A DNA stretch of 64,000 nt, from IMG/VR virus record IMGVR_UViG_3300037851_000284, positions 1-64,000 of that record, one strand, 5' to 3'. Each line of letters starts with the position of its first letter. Positions within the stretch are counted from its first letter, which is position 1. A program made the translations under genes and the position numbers. Below, one piece after another: positions 27,415-37,583 of the stretch. The DNA is from a virus (lineage: Duplodnaviria > Caudoviricetes). The notes beneath the pieces were generated by a model, which was given only the letters and a program-made list of their open reading frames with translations, had not been told where the DNA came from and searched no databases.

Positions 27415-27509
27415 TCAATACCGGCTCCGATTTAAGTGTAATACAAAGCGTACAGTATTATGCTGCAAATGTTGGCTATAATTTACCATGTTAAAATAAG
27501 GAGAAATAA

Positions 27510-28220
27510 ATGAATCTAAGAAACAAGAAAATAGTGCATGTTGGAATAGCATTAGACCAATCCGGAAGCATGGATTTTACCAAGAAACAGACAATATCAG
27601 GATTAAATGAACAAATACAGGAACTAAAGAAACACAAAGATATAGATACTACAATAACTTGGGTGACCTTTTCAGGACCAAGTGACGTGGAAGTAGTATA
27701 TTCTGTGGTTCCTGTAAATAGTATCGTTGAAATTGACGACAAATCTTACAATCCTAATGGAACTACTGCCATGTTTGATGGAGTTGCTCGATTATTAAAC
27801 GAGATGAGTCAGAAAATAAACGATGATCTTGATACTACATATTTAATATTGGTTGTATCAGACGGAGAAGAAAACTCATCAGTAGAATATGACTCAAAGA
27901 AAATCGCAGAAATGATCAAAGAAAGAAAAGATTCCAAAAGATGGACTATAATTTATATTGGTGCTAATCAGGATCTTTCTCAAGTACAAGAAATTCTTGG
28001 AATTGATGCTAGTAATATGCTAGGATATACTAGTACTCCTTCTGGTACAGCAGCAGGATGGAATTGTCTAGCTAGTTCCACAACAAGGTATATGAGTTCT
28101 AGAAGCTCACTAAATAATAGTCAAGCGTCCTATACTGTATTAGCAGCAAACTTTGTTAATTCAGATTCTGAGACCATCGTATCTGCCGATGATAAAACTA
28201 AGGAACAAGATAAGAAATAA
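27510..28220 (+). CDS. von Willebrand factor A domain protein
   Basis: MIDAS DQSGS, TAMFD, SDGEENSS. Confidence 0.88.
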   Translation: MNLRNKKIVHVGIALDQSGSMDFTKKQTISGLNEQIQELKKHKDIDTTITWVTFSGPSDVEVVYSVVPVNSIVEIDDKSYNPNGTTAMFDGVARLLNEMSQKINDDLDTTYLILVVSDGEENSSVEYDSKKIAEMIKERKDSKRWTIIYIGANQDLSQVQEILGIDASNMLGYTSTPSGTAAGWNCLASSTTRYMSSRSSLNNSQASYTVLAANFVNSDSETIVSADDKTKEQDKK

Positions 28221-28228
28221 TATAAAAT

Positions 28229-28318
28229 TGCACAGTCGAGAAGTCCGGTCTATCTCACTGGTTTCATATGCCAGCGCTCTTAACGAGCTCGAAGGTTCAA
28301 ATCCTTCCTGTGCAACCA
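28229..28318 (+). tRNA. tRNA-Met-like (CAT) with long variable arm, encoded CCA
   Basis: tgcacag/ctgtgca; ctggt-tt-CAT-at-gccag; gctc-ttaac-gagc variable stem. Confidence 0.85.
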
Positions 28319-28334
28319 TTTTAAAGGAGATATT

Positions 28335-28913
28335 ATGCTCTGGTTTACTGCAGATACTCATTTTAATCATAAAAGTATTATAGACTATTGTGGAAGACCG
28401 TTTTCTTCAGTAGAAGAAATGAACGAGACTATAATATCCAATTGGAACAATGTTGTAAGTACCAAAGACCATGTGTATCATCTTGGAGATTTCGCTTTTG
28501 GGTCTAATGATTCGGTTAGAAAGATAAGGTATAGACTCAAAGGTAAAATACACCTTATCCTTGGAAATCATGACTACAAGAACAAGGTTAACAGATTATC
28601 CTCATGTTTTACGGAGGTAAAAGATCTTTTAACTTTGAAACATAACAAACAAAAGATAATACTATGTCATTATTGTATGAATGTATGGGACTCGTCCCAC
28701 TATAATTCATGGCATCTGTTTGGTCATAGCCACAATACGTGGCATACTGAAGCAAAGTCTTTTGATGTTGGTGTTGACAGTTGGGAGTTCAAACCAATAA
28801 GTTTTGACGATGTAACGAGGATTATGCAGGGAAAACCAAACAATCCAAATTGGGTTGAAAGACTAAAAGGTTATTCTAAAGAAGAATACGAGAAATACAG
28901 AAACGAAGAATAA
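28335..28913 (+). CDS. calcineurin-like metallophosphoesterase
   Basis: DTHFNH, HLGDF, GNHD, GHSH. Confidence 0.9.
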   Translation: MLWFTADTHFNHKSIIDYCGRPFSSVEEMNETIISNWNNVVSTKDHVYHLGDFAFGSNDSVRKIRYRLKGKIHLILGNHDYKNKVNRLSSCFTEVKDLLTLKHNKQKIILCHYCMNVWDSSHYNSWHLFGHSHNTWHTEAKSFDVGVDSWEFKPISFDDVTRIMQGKPNNPNWVERLKGYSKEEYEKYRNEE

Positions 28914-28914
28914 T

Positions 28915-28992
28915 GGGTGTATCGTCTAGTTTGGTTAGGACGCTACTCTGATAAGGTAGAAACCGGTGGTTCAATTCCATCTACACCCACCA
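28915..28992 (+). tRNA. tRNA-Ile(GAT)
   Basis: ctact-ct-GAT-aa-ggtag; CCA. Confidence 0.92.
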
Positions 28993-29183
28993 TATTACAG
29001 AACAGACATATGTTAAACCTTAGAGTACCAATCATATATCTAGAGAAGGCAAAATACGTTGAAATTATCTCTAACAAAACAGAAATGTCAAAATATAACG
29101 GCATGAAGGTAGAGATACTAAGAGTATTAGGTATAGATGGATGAAGAACCAAGGGTTTTAGTAAAGATAGACAATACACATCA

Positions 29184-30362
29184 ATGTTGGTTTTACAGCA
29201 AACAAGCGAGGATAGTCGAATGAAGAGAAAGATTTTTGGTCCATTGTATGCAAAAGCAAGTAATAGTAAGATTAAAATGTGGTCATGTACGGTAGTACAG
29301 GAAAAGGATAAAACTACATTAAACGTCACTCATGGATATCATAATGGAAAACAAGCAGTTGATTCTAGAATGGTAGAGCCAAAAAATGTTGGAAAATCTA
29401 ATGAAACTTCTCCTTGGGATCAGGGCTTATCAGAAGCAGAATCCAAGATGAAGAAAAAGATGGACGAAGGATATGTAGATGAAATAGAGAAAGTTTCAGA
29501 TGTAGCAGTACAGCTTCCAATGTTGGCTAATAAGTATTCTGAGAGAAAGCATCTTGTTAAATGGCCTTGTTATGTAAGTCCTAAATTAGATGGAGTTAGG
29601 CTTCTAACAAGATTCTCCTTTGATGGAAAAAGTCTAGGAGAACCCGAATTTGTATCCAGAAAAGGTAAGATATATAGCTCCCTAAAGCACATGAAGGACG
29701 ACGTAGACAAGTTACTTGGTTATATATCCATTGGTGACGGAGAGGCGTATAATCATACATTGTCGTTACAGGAAATAAGCGCAGCCACAAAGAAAGAAAA
29801 TGAAGACTCGTCCTCAATAGAATACTGGCTATTTGATATAGTGGACATTAAAGAACCATTTAATGTCAGGTTATCAAAGATTAAAAAGTTCTTTGACGAG
29901 AACTCCAACGGGAAAAACGAATTTGGATTTAGAAAATACGGTTGTATCATAGAAGTCCCAGAATATCTAGTAAGAAATGAAATTGAACTAGAACAACGAC
30001 ATAAAGACTTTGTTAAGATGGGTTTTGAAGGAACTATAGTCCGAAACAGGGACGGAATGTATATTCTAATACACAGGTCAAATGACCTGCTGAAAAGAAA
30101 AGATTTCCTGGAAGAAGAGTTCGAAGTTATTGGAGGAAAAGAAGCTACAGGGAATGATGTAGGAACGATTGTCTTCAGACTTAAAACGAAAGACGGAAAA
30201 GAATTCGAAGCAAGACCAAAGGGATCAAGAGAAAAACGAAGAAAGTGGCTTAAGGATCTAGACAAGCTTATTGGATTAAAAGTGACAACTAGATACCAAT
30301 TACTGTCTGATAACGGCACACCATGCCAAGCAAGGGTAGTCTGTGTAAGAGACTACGAATAA
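29184..30362 (+). CDS. ATP-dependent DNA ligase (start probably 29220)
   Basis: PMLA, PKLDGVR, DGEAY, FD, EGTIVR, LLKRK, OB domain. Confidence 0.92.
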   Translation: MLVLQQTSEDSRMKRKIFGPLYAKASNSKIKMWSCTVVQEKDKTTLNVTHGYHNGKQAVDSRMVEPKNVGKSNETSPWDQGLSEAESKMKKKMDEGYVDEIEKVSDVAVQLPMLANKYSERKHLVKWPCYVSPKLDGVRLLTRFSFDGKSLGEPEFVSRKGKIYSSLKHMKDDVDKLLGYISIGDGEAYNHTLSLQEISAATKKENEDSSSIEYWLFDIVDIKEPFNVRLSKIKKFFDENSNGKNEFGFRKYGCIIEVPEYLVRNEIELEQRHKDFVKMGFEGTIVRNRDGMYILIHRSNDLLKRKDFLEEEFEVIGGKEATGNDVGTIVFRLKTKDGKEFEARPKGSREKRRKWLKDLDKLIGLKVTTRYQLLSDNGTPCQARVVCVRDYE

Positions 30363-30745
30363 AGCTGGGAAAACTATCAAGATTATACGGCCGCTTTAAC
30401 CGAGTACGACAATCTAGTCAAAGGATGGGTCTAACAGTTATGAGAAAATTAATTCTACTACTACTCCTTTTCCTTTCTTGTACTGTATCTCAAAAGACAT
30501 GTCTAATGGATATACAACCAAGCAACTCAATATATTATGGAGAACCTAATCTAGAATTAAATTGGGTCCCAATTAGAGTAAGCTCTTTTGGTATAACTGT
30601 TTGTTATCAAGAAAAGTATGGACAGGCCAAAACAATCCAAGCCATAGGACTCTGGGAATCCAAGAGTGAGTATCGAATCACATTCAAAGGTCCAGAGTTC
30701 ATTACCTTACAGAAGGCTAATGTAATATCTATTGGAGTTGAATAA
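30323..30745 (+). CDS. putative exported/lipoprotein (start probably MRKLILL)
   Basis: basic-hydrophobic signal then SC. Confidence 0.5.
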   Translation: MPSKGSLCKRLRIKLGKLSRLYGRFNRVRQSSQRMGLTVMRKLILLLLLFLSCTVSQKTCLMDIQPSNSIYYGEPNLELNWVPIRVSSFGITVCYQEKYGQAKTIQAIGLWESKSEYRITFKGPEFITLQKANVISIGVE

Positions 30746-30746
30746 C

Positions 30747-30820
30747 GGGTCGTTAACTCAGTCGGTTAGAGTAGCGGACTCATAATCCGTTAGTCGGGAG
30801 TTCAAATCTCTCACGGCCCA
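30747..30820 (+). tRNA. tRNA CAT (elongator Met or Ile2)
   Basis: gcgga-ct-CAT-aa-tccgt. Confidence 0.9.
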
Positions 30821-31101
30821 CTATTTAAAAAGATGAAAGTCAAGTATGAAGATTATGCTGAAGCACTTAAAGAAGGCATGAATACCAGCAAGAATAAAAA
30901 AAATAAAAGAATTTGGTTTTGTTATATGCAATGAGTTTCATCTCCGATTAAAATATGCCTATCACATAACATTCCAATTTTGGACATGGTACGCTCCTCT
31001 TGGATATAAATTAATGTATTATGATGGATGGAATAATCAATTTAACTTCGGTCTGTTTTGTATATCTTGGATGACTCCTCCATTGGAAGGAGATTGGAAC
31101 A

Positions 31102-31758
31102 GTGAAAAGAAAGGGTAAATACATACAATATAGAAAACTATTGAAACTAGCCTTAGAGGAAAAGGCTGCCAGTAAAAGTATAAAAAATAGGTATTACTAT
31201 CGAAGGAACGGATTTTACATCTGGATTATACCAAATAAGAAAGCAAGGAAACATTTATTGTATAATGCTCTAAAACAAGTAATACCGCTTGTTTTTATGT
31301 ATCCAATAAGACTAGATAAAGAAGAATATATTTCTTTCCAATCCATTTACGAATCCGATCACCTCTTAACACTATCAAGAACTATAGATAAATCCGTATA
31401 TTTAAAACTCAGCACAGAGCAGAAGATGTGTTTTATAAGAACGAATGTCTCTCTGCTGGACTTTCCTATGTCTGAAGAGTTTGTAAAAGATATGAAGGGT
31501 CCAAGATATATATTAGACAGTAGCATAAATGATTTATTAACAATAAAGATTAGAAAACGGTATGTTAAGGAATGGAACCCCTTCAGCAACGATTATAGTG
31601 ATATCTATAATAAAATTAATAGGCTTGGATTAAGAAAAAAGGTGGACCGACTAATGGGGAATCAATATGATTACTATCTAGATAGTGAGTATAAAAGAAG
31701 AATATTAGACCAAACAAGAAGATATGAGGATGATCAAGATATAAAGGAGTTCTTGTGA
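31102..31758 (+). CDS. basic hypothetical protein
   Basis: long ORF. Confidence 0.6.
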   Translation: MKRKGKYIQYRKLLKLALEEKAASKSIKNRYYYRRNGFYIWIIPNKKARKHLLYNALKQVIPLVFMYPIRLDKEEYISFQSIYESDHLLTLSRTIDKSVYLKLSTEQKMCFIRTNVSLLDFPMSEEFVKDMKGPRYILDSSINDLLTIKIRKRYVKEWNPFSNDYSDIYNKINRLGLRKKVDRLMGNQYDYYLDSEYKRRILDQTRRYEDDQDIKEFL

Positions 31759-31845
31759 TTTATCTCTTTCTTATAATTATATTTATTGAATGTTTCAAAC
31801 TAGAAGTAAGGGTTTTTTTATCAAACCTCTTACTTTGGAGGATTA

Positions 31846-32004
31846 ATGCATTGTGCATGTTGCGGTGAAGTATTGGAAGAAGACGACACTTTAGATGGTG
31901 AATTCTGTAATGAGTGTTTTATAATGCTCACAGATCCTGAAAAATCAGATGGTTATGATGAGTCAGAATATGACTCAGAAGATGAAGATGATGCTATACT
32001 ATAA
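31846..32004 (+). CDS. small acidic Zn-finger-like protein
   Basis: RBS ggagg; CACC...CNEC then D/E-rich tail; not in ORF track. Confidence 0.55.
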   Translation: MHCACCGEVLEEDDTLDGEFCNECFIMLTDPEKSDGYDESEYDSEDEDDAIL

Positions 32005-32099
32005 TTTTGGCAGAATAAACTAAAGTGGAAAGGTCTGCAAAGGATTCGAGTCCCTTTGTGCAGTATTAAAAGACCACGCGAATCCACAACTGTAATTTT

Positions 32100-32171
32100 T
32101 GAGGCGTAGGATAACGGCAATCCGCTGGATTGTTAATCCAGACATTACTGGTTCAAGTCCAGTCGCCTCAG
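32100..32171 (+). tRNA. tRNA-Asn(GTT)
   Basis: ctgga-tt-GTT-aa-tccag. Confidence 0.92.
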
Positions 32172-32421
32172 TTGTTTTGTGTAAGATTTATTATTATATT
32201 TTAAGCTGATTTTCTATCCATACTTCCAATTTCGAATGTCTATTATCGGCAGACTTATTACTAGAATAAGCAGCCAAGCAAGAATGAGAGCAGAACAGCC
32301 TGCTCGATTTAGATTTTTCAATTTCAGCGTTTGTTTTAATAATTTTCTTTTTACATGTTTCACAGTTAAGTTCTTTTTTACGACTTTTACAGACAGTTTC
32401 GAAATTGAAAATTCAAAATAT

Positions 32422-32496
32422 TGGGACGTAGTTCAATGGTAGAACAATGGCCCTTGGAGCCATCTGTTAAGGGTTCAAATCCTTTCGTCCCAGCCA
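32422..32496 (+). tRNA. tRNA-Gln(TTG)
   Basis: atggc-cc-TTG-ga-gccat (C at 33); CCA. Confidence 0.88.
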
Positions 32497-32802
32497 GTTA
32501 GGATATATGCCTGAAAAAGAATATATATTAACACAATATTTTCTTGATAAGTACCCGTTAGAAGCCAAGACTATTGTAATTGGTGAACAAGAAACAAAGG
32601 CCTTATTAAAAAACTTTAACGAGTTTTTTTACAATGATAGGATAAATAGTCCTATCCTACTAAGGGGTCAGTATACAAACAATATACTGATGAGAATTAA
32701 ATAACATGGAATTCAAACCAAACAAAATATCCAAAAGTAACACGCATTTTGGTGCCTCAGGAGAAGATACACCATAAATTACGTCGAGAATGGCTAGTTG
32801 GC

Positions 32803-32836
32803 AAAAACCCTCTCGACGAAAGTTGGGAGGGTTTTT
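32803..32836. terminator. possibly bidirectional terminator
   Basis: aaaaaccctctcgac-GAAA-gttgggagggttttt. Confidence 0.75.
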
Positions 32837-32996
32837 AAATGGGTAAAAATATGAGCATTAAATGTAGAATATACTGGACTATAACAATTATATGTCCATG
32901 GATCATAAGAAAACTCAATAAATATAAGAATAAGTGTCTAGCAAAGAGACTTGAGGACTTGTCTTGGACTATGAGTCATAACGAAGGAGGTATAAC

Positions 32997-33242
32997 ATGG
33001 ATGAACGTAGAACACCAGTTATAATAACAAGAAGAAAGAATAAGAAACGACATCCTCAGTCTGGAACCAAGTCTGGACGTTCCAAGGTATGGTACGAAGT
33101 TTTCTGTCCTATTCATGGAACAAAGAATATGGACAACAAAGTTGTATTAAAGGTGGGATGTCCCGAAAGTCGTAAGGAACGGTTCTATACTGGATGTCCA
33201 AAATGTAAAGCAATCAATGATAAAAAGGGGGCTGTAGTTTAA
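32997..33242 (+). CDS. small basic Zn-ribbon-like protein
   Basis: CPIHG...CPKC; RBS ggagg. Confidence 0.55.
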   Translation: MDERRTPVIITRRKNKKRHPQSGTKSGRSKVWYEVFCPIHGTKNMDNKVVLKVGCPESRKERFYTGCPKCKAINDKKGAVV

Positions 33243-33299
33243 TCGGAAAAATTGTAGATTTGCAATCTATAGTCATCGGATCGTAACCGATCAGCTCCA
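33228..33299 (+). tRNA. tRNA-Ala(TGC)
   Basis: G3-U70; gtaga-tt-TGC-aa-tctat; atypical T-loop atcgtaa. Confidence 0.85.
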
Positions 33300-33698
33300 A
33301 GTAAGGAGATCATGTGGAAAAAATAACTTCCTTTAAATCAGATAAAACAAGAGAATTACATAACAAGTTAGTCGCCAATGTCAAAGATATCCTTGGAGAT
33401 ATTATACCAGATGGATACAAAATTAAAGAAATCCAAATTGATATATATAACGGGGAAACCCGTTTAATAATAAGTTCTGATATTTAAATAGAAGAAAAAT
33501 ATGTTTAAACTAGATCATGTCGGAAATACAAAGTTTTATACAATAATACCAATATTATTATATATTAGTGTTACAGAAATAAAACAGGAAGATAAAATGG
33601 TTGGTAAGAAGGCGGTAGCTATTGCTATTCATATTACACCCTTATTTGCATTTGGCTTTTCCATAATTAAGAAATTTAATGAATACGAGAATTGGTAA

Positions 33699-33775
33699 GG
33701 CTGTATCGTTCAGTTTATTGTGAGAGCGTTTGCTTGAAACACAGAAGATTATTTATTCAATTCCGATTGCAGTTA
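33699..33775 (+). pseudogene. degenerate tRNA-Phe(GAA)
   Basis: acceptor ggctgta/tgcagtt; tt-GAA-ac loop; T arm broken. Confidence 0.55.
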
Positions 33776-33791
33776 ACATAAAGGAGGAACT

Positions 33792-33989
33792 ATGGCAGAA
33801 TACTTGTATACACTACAGTTAAAGTTTACTGCTCTAGATGATGTAGCTGCAAGAACAGAGATATTTAACGAGGATTTTGAAAACAAACTTATTGCTTGTG
33901 GAACTAAAAAATTACAGGAAATTTATTTAGACAAGCCACCAAGAAAAGTAGATATCACAAATACCACAGTCCTTTCGTCCAGTGGTTAA
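33792..33989 (+). CDS. hypothetical protein
   Basis: RBS aggagg. Confidence 0.55.
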   Translation: MAEYLYTLQLKFTALDDVAARTEIFNEDFENKLIACGTKKLQEIYLDKPPRKVDITNTTVLSSSG

Positions 33990-34039
33990 GACATCTGGTT
34001 TTCAGCCAGAAGACAAGAGTTCGATTCTCTTAAGGACTA
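33968..34039 (+). tRNA. tRNA-Glu(TTC)
   Basis: tctgg-tt-TTC-ag-ccaga. Confidence 0.9.
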
Positions 34040-34142
34040 AGAAGGGTCAACTATAAGTTATTACTTTTATATTGCTGGATCAATATGTTTTATAATTGGG
34101 TCGATAACCAGACTATTATTTAAACACTGAAATGAAACAACT

Positions 34143-34469
34143 ATGATAATCCACATAGAAAAGTTCTACGATTTTTATATCAATGCGTGTAAAAAGTTTA
34201 GCATATCCCCAGATGACTATACAACTTTTCATAATGATATAATTGTCACAGTAAGTCATGCCTTGGATTGTTTATTAAAAGATCCCACAGGGGGAATATA
34301 TTCAAACAAGCTCAGTAATGGAGCATACATTCTATTAATTCCTGATTTGTCAGGATTTGTATATGCCATAGTTCCAACAATTGAAGAAAGAGACAAAATA
34401 TTGAAAGAACTACTCGAAAGATACTCATCAAAAGAGAATAAATCCTTAACTGGAGTAGAGTTATTCTAA
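34143..34469 (+). CDS. hypothetical protein
   Basis: ORF coupled to HNH gene. Confidence 0.55.
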   Translation: MIIHIEKFYDFYINACKKFSISPDDYTTFHNDIIVTVSHALDCLLKDPTGGIYSNKLSNGAYILLIPDLSGFVYAIVPTIEERDKILKELLERYSSKENKSLTGVELF

Positions 34470-35065
34470 TGTTTGAAGATTCTGTAGTTGTATTAAATAA
34501 ATATCTGGAATACTGGACTGACACATCAATTAGAAGAGCAGTAAGTAAGATAATAAACAATAGGGCTTCTGTAGTAAAAGAAGATAAGTCGGTATTATTG
34601 GGAACTATAGGAATTGGAATAGGAACAGAGTCAATACTCCAACCAATATATAAACCATTAGTAATTAAGCTGTTATATTTCGATTACTATAGATACAAGA
34701 CCGACAAGGTTAATTATACGGACAGGGCGGTATTTGTAAGGGACCAAGGAATTTGCCAATATTGGCATAACAATACACAATACAAGTGTCTACCTTCTGA
34801 AATGACCATCGACCATGTAATCCCGTTATCTAGAAACGGAAAGGCTAATGATTTCACTAATGCCGTTACTTGTTGCCGGAATTGTAATGAAATACTTAAG
34901 AAAAATAATACTCCAGAAGAAGCGGGGTTAAGGCTCATTAGAAGCCCAAAAATACCAAAGAGAATAAAAGGAGATGCGGTAAGATCCTTTTTCATATATA
35001 ATAATAAGAGTCTTGCTCATAAAGCATATATAGAGTTTCTCATGGGTATTAGTACAGATGGATAA
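34469..35065 (+). CDS. HNH endonuclease (McrA-like)
   Basis: RDQGICQY, TIDHVIPLSRNG, NAVTCCRNCN. Confidence 0.88.
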   Translation: MFEDSVVVLNKYLEYWTDTSIRRAVSKIINNRASVVKEDKSVLLGTIGIGIGTESILQPIYKPLVIKLLYFDYYRYKTDKVNYTDRAVFVRDQGICQYWHNNTQYKCLPSEMTIDHVIPLSRNGKANDFTNAVTCCRNCNEILKKNNTPEEAGLRLIRSPKIPKRIKGDAVRSFFIYNNKSLAHKAYIEFLMGISTDG

Positions 35066-35068
35066 TAT

Positions 35069-35139
35069 GGGGTATTAGTTCAGTGGTAGAATATCTCCCT
35101 GTCACGGAAAAGCCACCAGTTCAATTCTGGTATACCCCG
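35069..35139 (+). tRNA. tRNA-Asp(GTC)
   Basis: ct-GTC-ac loop; ggggtat/atacccc. Confidence 0.88.
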
Positions 35140-35254
35140 TTATAACTAAATTAAATTATTGAGAGAAAGCAAATGGAATATCAGAACTTTTTGTAGACAA
35201 CAAGCTAAGAGATAGAAACTTCGTACCAACAGCAGGATGGAAACTAGATTAAAA

Positions 35255-35339
35255 GGAGAGTTAGGATAACGGTAATCCATTAGGTTGCTAACCTAACGAC
35301 CCAAAAAGGGTCTTGCAAGTTCAAATCTTGTACTCTCCT
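35255..35339 (+). tRNA. tRNA-Ser(GCT)
   Basis: ttagg-tt-GCT-aa-cctaa; long variable arm. Confidence 0.9.
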
Positions 35340-35630
35340 CTAAAAGAAAGAATCAGCATGATTGAATTACGCTTCACTAGTCCAGCTAGCATTTATTCTC
35401 AAAGGTCTGAGAGACCATTCAAGAGAATTAATCAACTAGATGCATATCTAGATAGTCTTGAGCTTCCGGAGAGAATGACGTTTAAAGAAGAAAGAGGAAC
35501 ATATACTACAGTGTTTTGCCATTCTGGAGAATTAGTGATAATCAGAATGGATATGTATCTTTCCTGGATATTACAAGAAGAATTAAGAGAATTTTTAACA
35601 CAACATGGATTTATAACAAGAAGGAACTAA
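35313..35630 (+). CDS. hypothetical protein (start probably MIELRF)
   Basis: ORF track. Confidence 0.5.
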   Translation: MQVQILYSPLKERISMIELRFTSPASIYSQRSERPFKRINQLDAYLDSLELPERMTFKEERGTYTTVFCHSGELVIIRMDMYLSWILQEELREFLTQHGFITRRN

Positions 35631-35706
35631 GTGTCGTTGGCCTAGTGGTTTTGGGTCCCAGATTTCCAATCTGGTCACAGGTGTTCGATTCACCTACGGC
35701 ACTCCA
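35631..35706 (+). tRNA. tRNA-Gly(TCC)
   Basis: ccaga-tt-TCC-aa-tctgg; U73, CCA. Confidence 0.92.
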
Positions 35707-35709
35707 TTT

Positions 35710-36244
35710 TATGGAAAAAGAATTCATAGTAAAAGTAAAAGACTTTGATGAAAAGACAGACCCAACTAAGGTACATAACTGGAAAATTGGGGAAATAAAT
35801 TATACTGTCAATGTCGAAGAATATACATTTGATCCAAAGCCTAGAGCCTTGAATTTAAGAAGATCTTGTAATGAAGATTCAATAAACTCAGGGGATCCAG
35901 TAAGAGTACGCAATCTAGTAGAATCTCCAATAATGACAGTGGTGGAAATAAGACAGGAAAACGACGCAAAACGTCAGCGTATGGTGGAAGTTGTTGATGT
36001 AATTTGGTTTGATCAATTCCGTAATGTTAAAACAGCAGGTATAAGATTGGATCTGGTTGAGAAAGTAAATAAATCAGAGACATCTAAACCAAAATTTTCC
36101 GATGTAAGCATAGTAACTTCCGATCTCGTATTTAGAAGGCTGTGTTCTATAGGAGAAAAAGGTCTTGCTGTAAGGTACTTGAAGACTATGACTGGATTGG
36201 GAGTAAAAGAAGCACAGGATATTGTAGATAAAACTTCAACATAA
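35710..36244 (+). CDS. YodC/DUF2158-like domain plus ribosomal L7/L12 C-terminal-like motif
   Basis: GDPVRVR...PIMTV...WFD; VRYLKTMTGLGVKEAQDIVD. Confidence 0.55.
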
Positions 36245-36255
36245 GCAGAAATAAA

Positions 36256-36343
36256 GAAAGCGTGGCAGAGTCTGGTATCGCATCGGTCTTGAAAATCGAA
36301 AACGAAAAACGTTTCGCAGGTTCAAATCCTGTCGCTTCCTCCA
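36256..36343 (+). tRNA. tRNA-Ser(TGA)
   Basis: tcggt-ct-TGA-aa-atcga; long arm; one acceptor mismatch; CCA. Confidence 0.85.
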
Positions 36344-36358
36344 AATGAAGGAGATATT

Positions 36359-36988
36359 ATGAAAAACCCATACTGGGGAGATAAAGATGACTCACAATCG
36401 AAAATAATTTCAACAAATAACTCATCAAGAGCAGAGATATACAAAGAGCTTGCGTTTGTTGAAACAGTATCTAATAGAATATATTTCTATTCAGAGATTG
36501 GAAGAAACGAGGTTCTTCAACTGAACAGAAGACTAAGGGAATTAAGTAACGAGCTCTTGGTAGCCGCAGCTGAACAAGAAAGACCACCAGCAAAGATATT
36601 TTTACATATTAACAGCTTTGGTGGGTCCATATTTGCAGGATTATCTAGTATGGACGAAATAGTCAGTTCACGAGCATCAATAACAACCATAGTAGATGGA
36701 TGTTGTGCTTCTTCGGCAACTTTCCTATCTGTAGTAGGAAAAGAAAGGATAATAAGACCAAATGCCTTTATGCTAATTCACCAACTACAGTCAGCATTTT
36801 GGGGAGGTAAATTCAGGGAATTACAGGATGAACATAAAAATAGTGAGAAACTAATGGAAACCATAAAAGACATATACAAGAAACATACAAAAATCCCACC
36901 GGAAAAGATAGATGAAATTCTTGATCACGATTTATGGTTTGATGCCAGAACTTGTGTAGATTATGGTCTAGTAGACAAAATTGCCTAA
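36359..36988 (+). CDS. clpP: ClpP-family protease subunit
   Basis: INSFGG, ASSA (Ser), MLIHQ (His), WFDA...GLVD. Confidence 0.88.
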   Translation: MKNPYWGDKDDSQSKIISTNNSSRAEIYKELAFVETVSNRIYFYSEIGRNEVLQLNRRLRELSNELLVAAAEQERPPAKIFLHINSFGGSIFAGLSSMDEIVSSRASITTIVDGCCASSATFLSVVGKERIIRPNAFMLIHQLQSAFWGGKFRELQDEHKNSEKLMETIKDIYKKHTKIPPEKIDEILDHDLWFDARTCVDYGLVDKIA

Positions 36989-37000
36989 AAAGGAGGAACC

Positions 37001-37360
37001 GTGGTTACTCTAATGGCTTTATCTATAATTTATGAACTGTCTTCTCTTTTTTATCTGAATGAGATTTATGACTCTTATAAGAATAACGAGTTCAAATTCT
37101 CAACAACTCTTTTTCTAATATCTACTATACTTGGTTTACCATATATAATAGTTACTATATGGATGATATTAAGTTCTGTAACTATAATAAATATGTCTGG
37201 AATAGTTATTCTTGGAATATCTATGTTACAGCCGTTTTTGTCATATAAACTGGCCTTCTCAAATAAGAAGAAGATATTTTTCATTGTCCATATAGTTGAT
37301 ACATTAATATGTATGATCTTACTATCAGTATCAATATACGCAAAAATCGTTCTCGTGTGA
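37001..37360 (+). CDS. hypothetical membrane protein
   Basis: about 4 hydrophobic segments. Confidence 0.55.
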   Translation: MVTLMALSIIYELSSLFYLNEIYDSYKNNEFKFSTTLFLISTILGLPYIIVTIWMILSSVTIINMSGIVILGISMLQPFLSYKLAFSNKKKIFFIVHIVDTLICMILLSVSIYAKIVLV

Positions 37361-37583
37361 GAAATTAGAAAAATCGTGGTGAAGAATTTGATGGCAGTAT
37401 TAAATTTAAGAGATGTAGATTATGCTCTAGACATTGTGGAGGAAAAGTAAATTTAATCAGACATAGTAGGGTCATTTTTAGATCACCTCCGTGCCATACT
37501 AATAAGATTGAATTATGTAGACAATGCATAAGGAACCCGCTTACACAAAATAGAATAAGCATGGGTTATTTCAAGGGAACACC

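Larger units (their letters stand above)
26860..27480 (+). mobile_element. integron-like gene-cassette array 2
   Basis: GTT boundaries at 26888, 27089, 27408, 27471. Confidence 0.8.

Noticed and set aside
21371-27480. Cassette sites as CRISPR repeats, REP elements or terminators
   Set aside because: Sites differ in sequence, have no T tracts, span whole genes and show attC-style self-matching R boxes
32034-32065. T-arm-like hairpin aagga-ttcgagt-ccctt
   Set aside because: No D or anticodon arm; too little to call
34469-35065. HNH gene as an intron-borne homing endonuclease
   Set aside because: No interrupted host gene or intron structure is visible
37391-37450. MAVLNLRD as another NLR-motif ORF
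   Set aside because: 19-codon frame overlapping a longer Cys-rich frame; probably coincidental, so not counted
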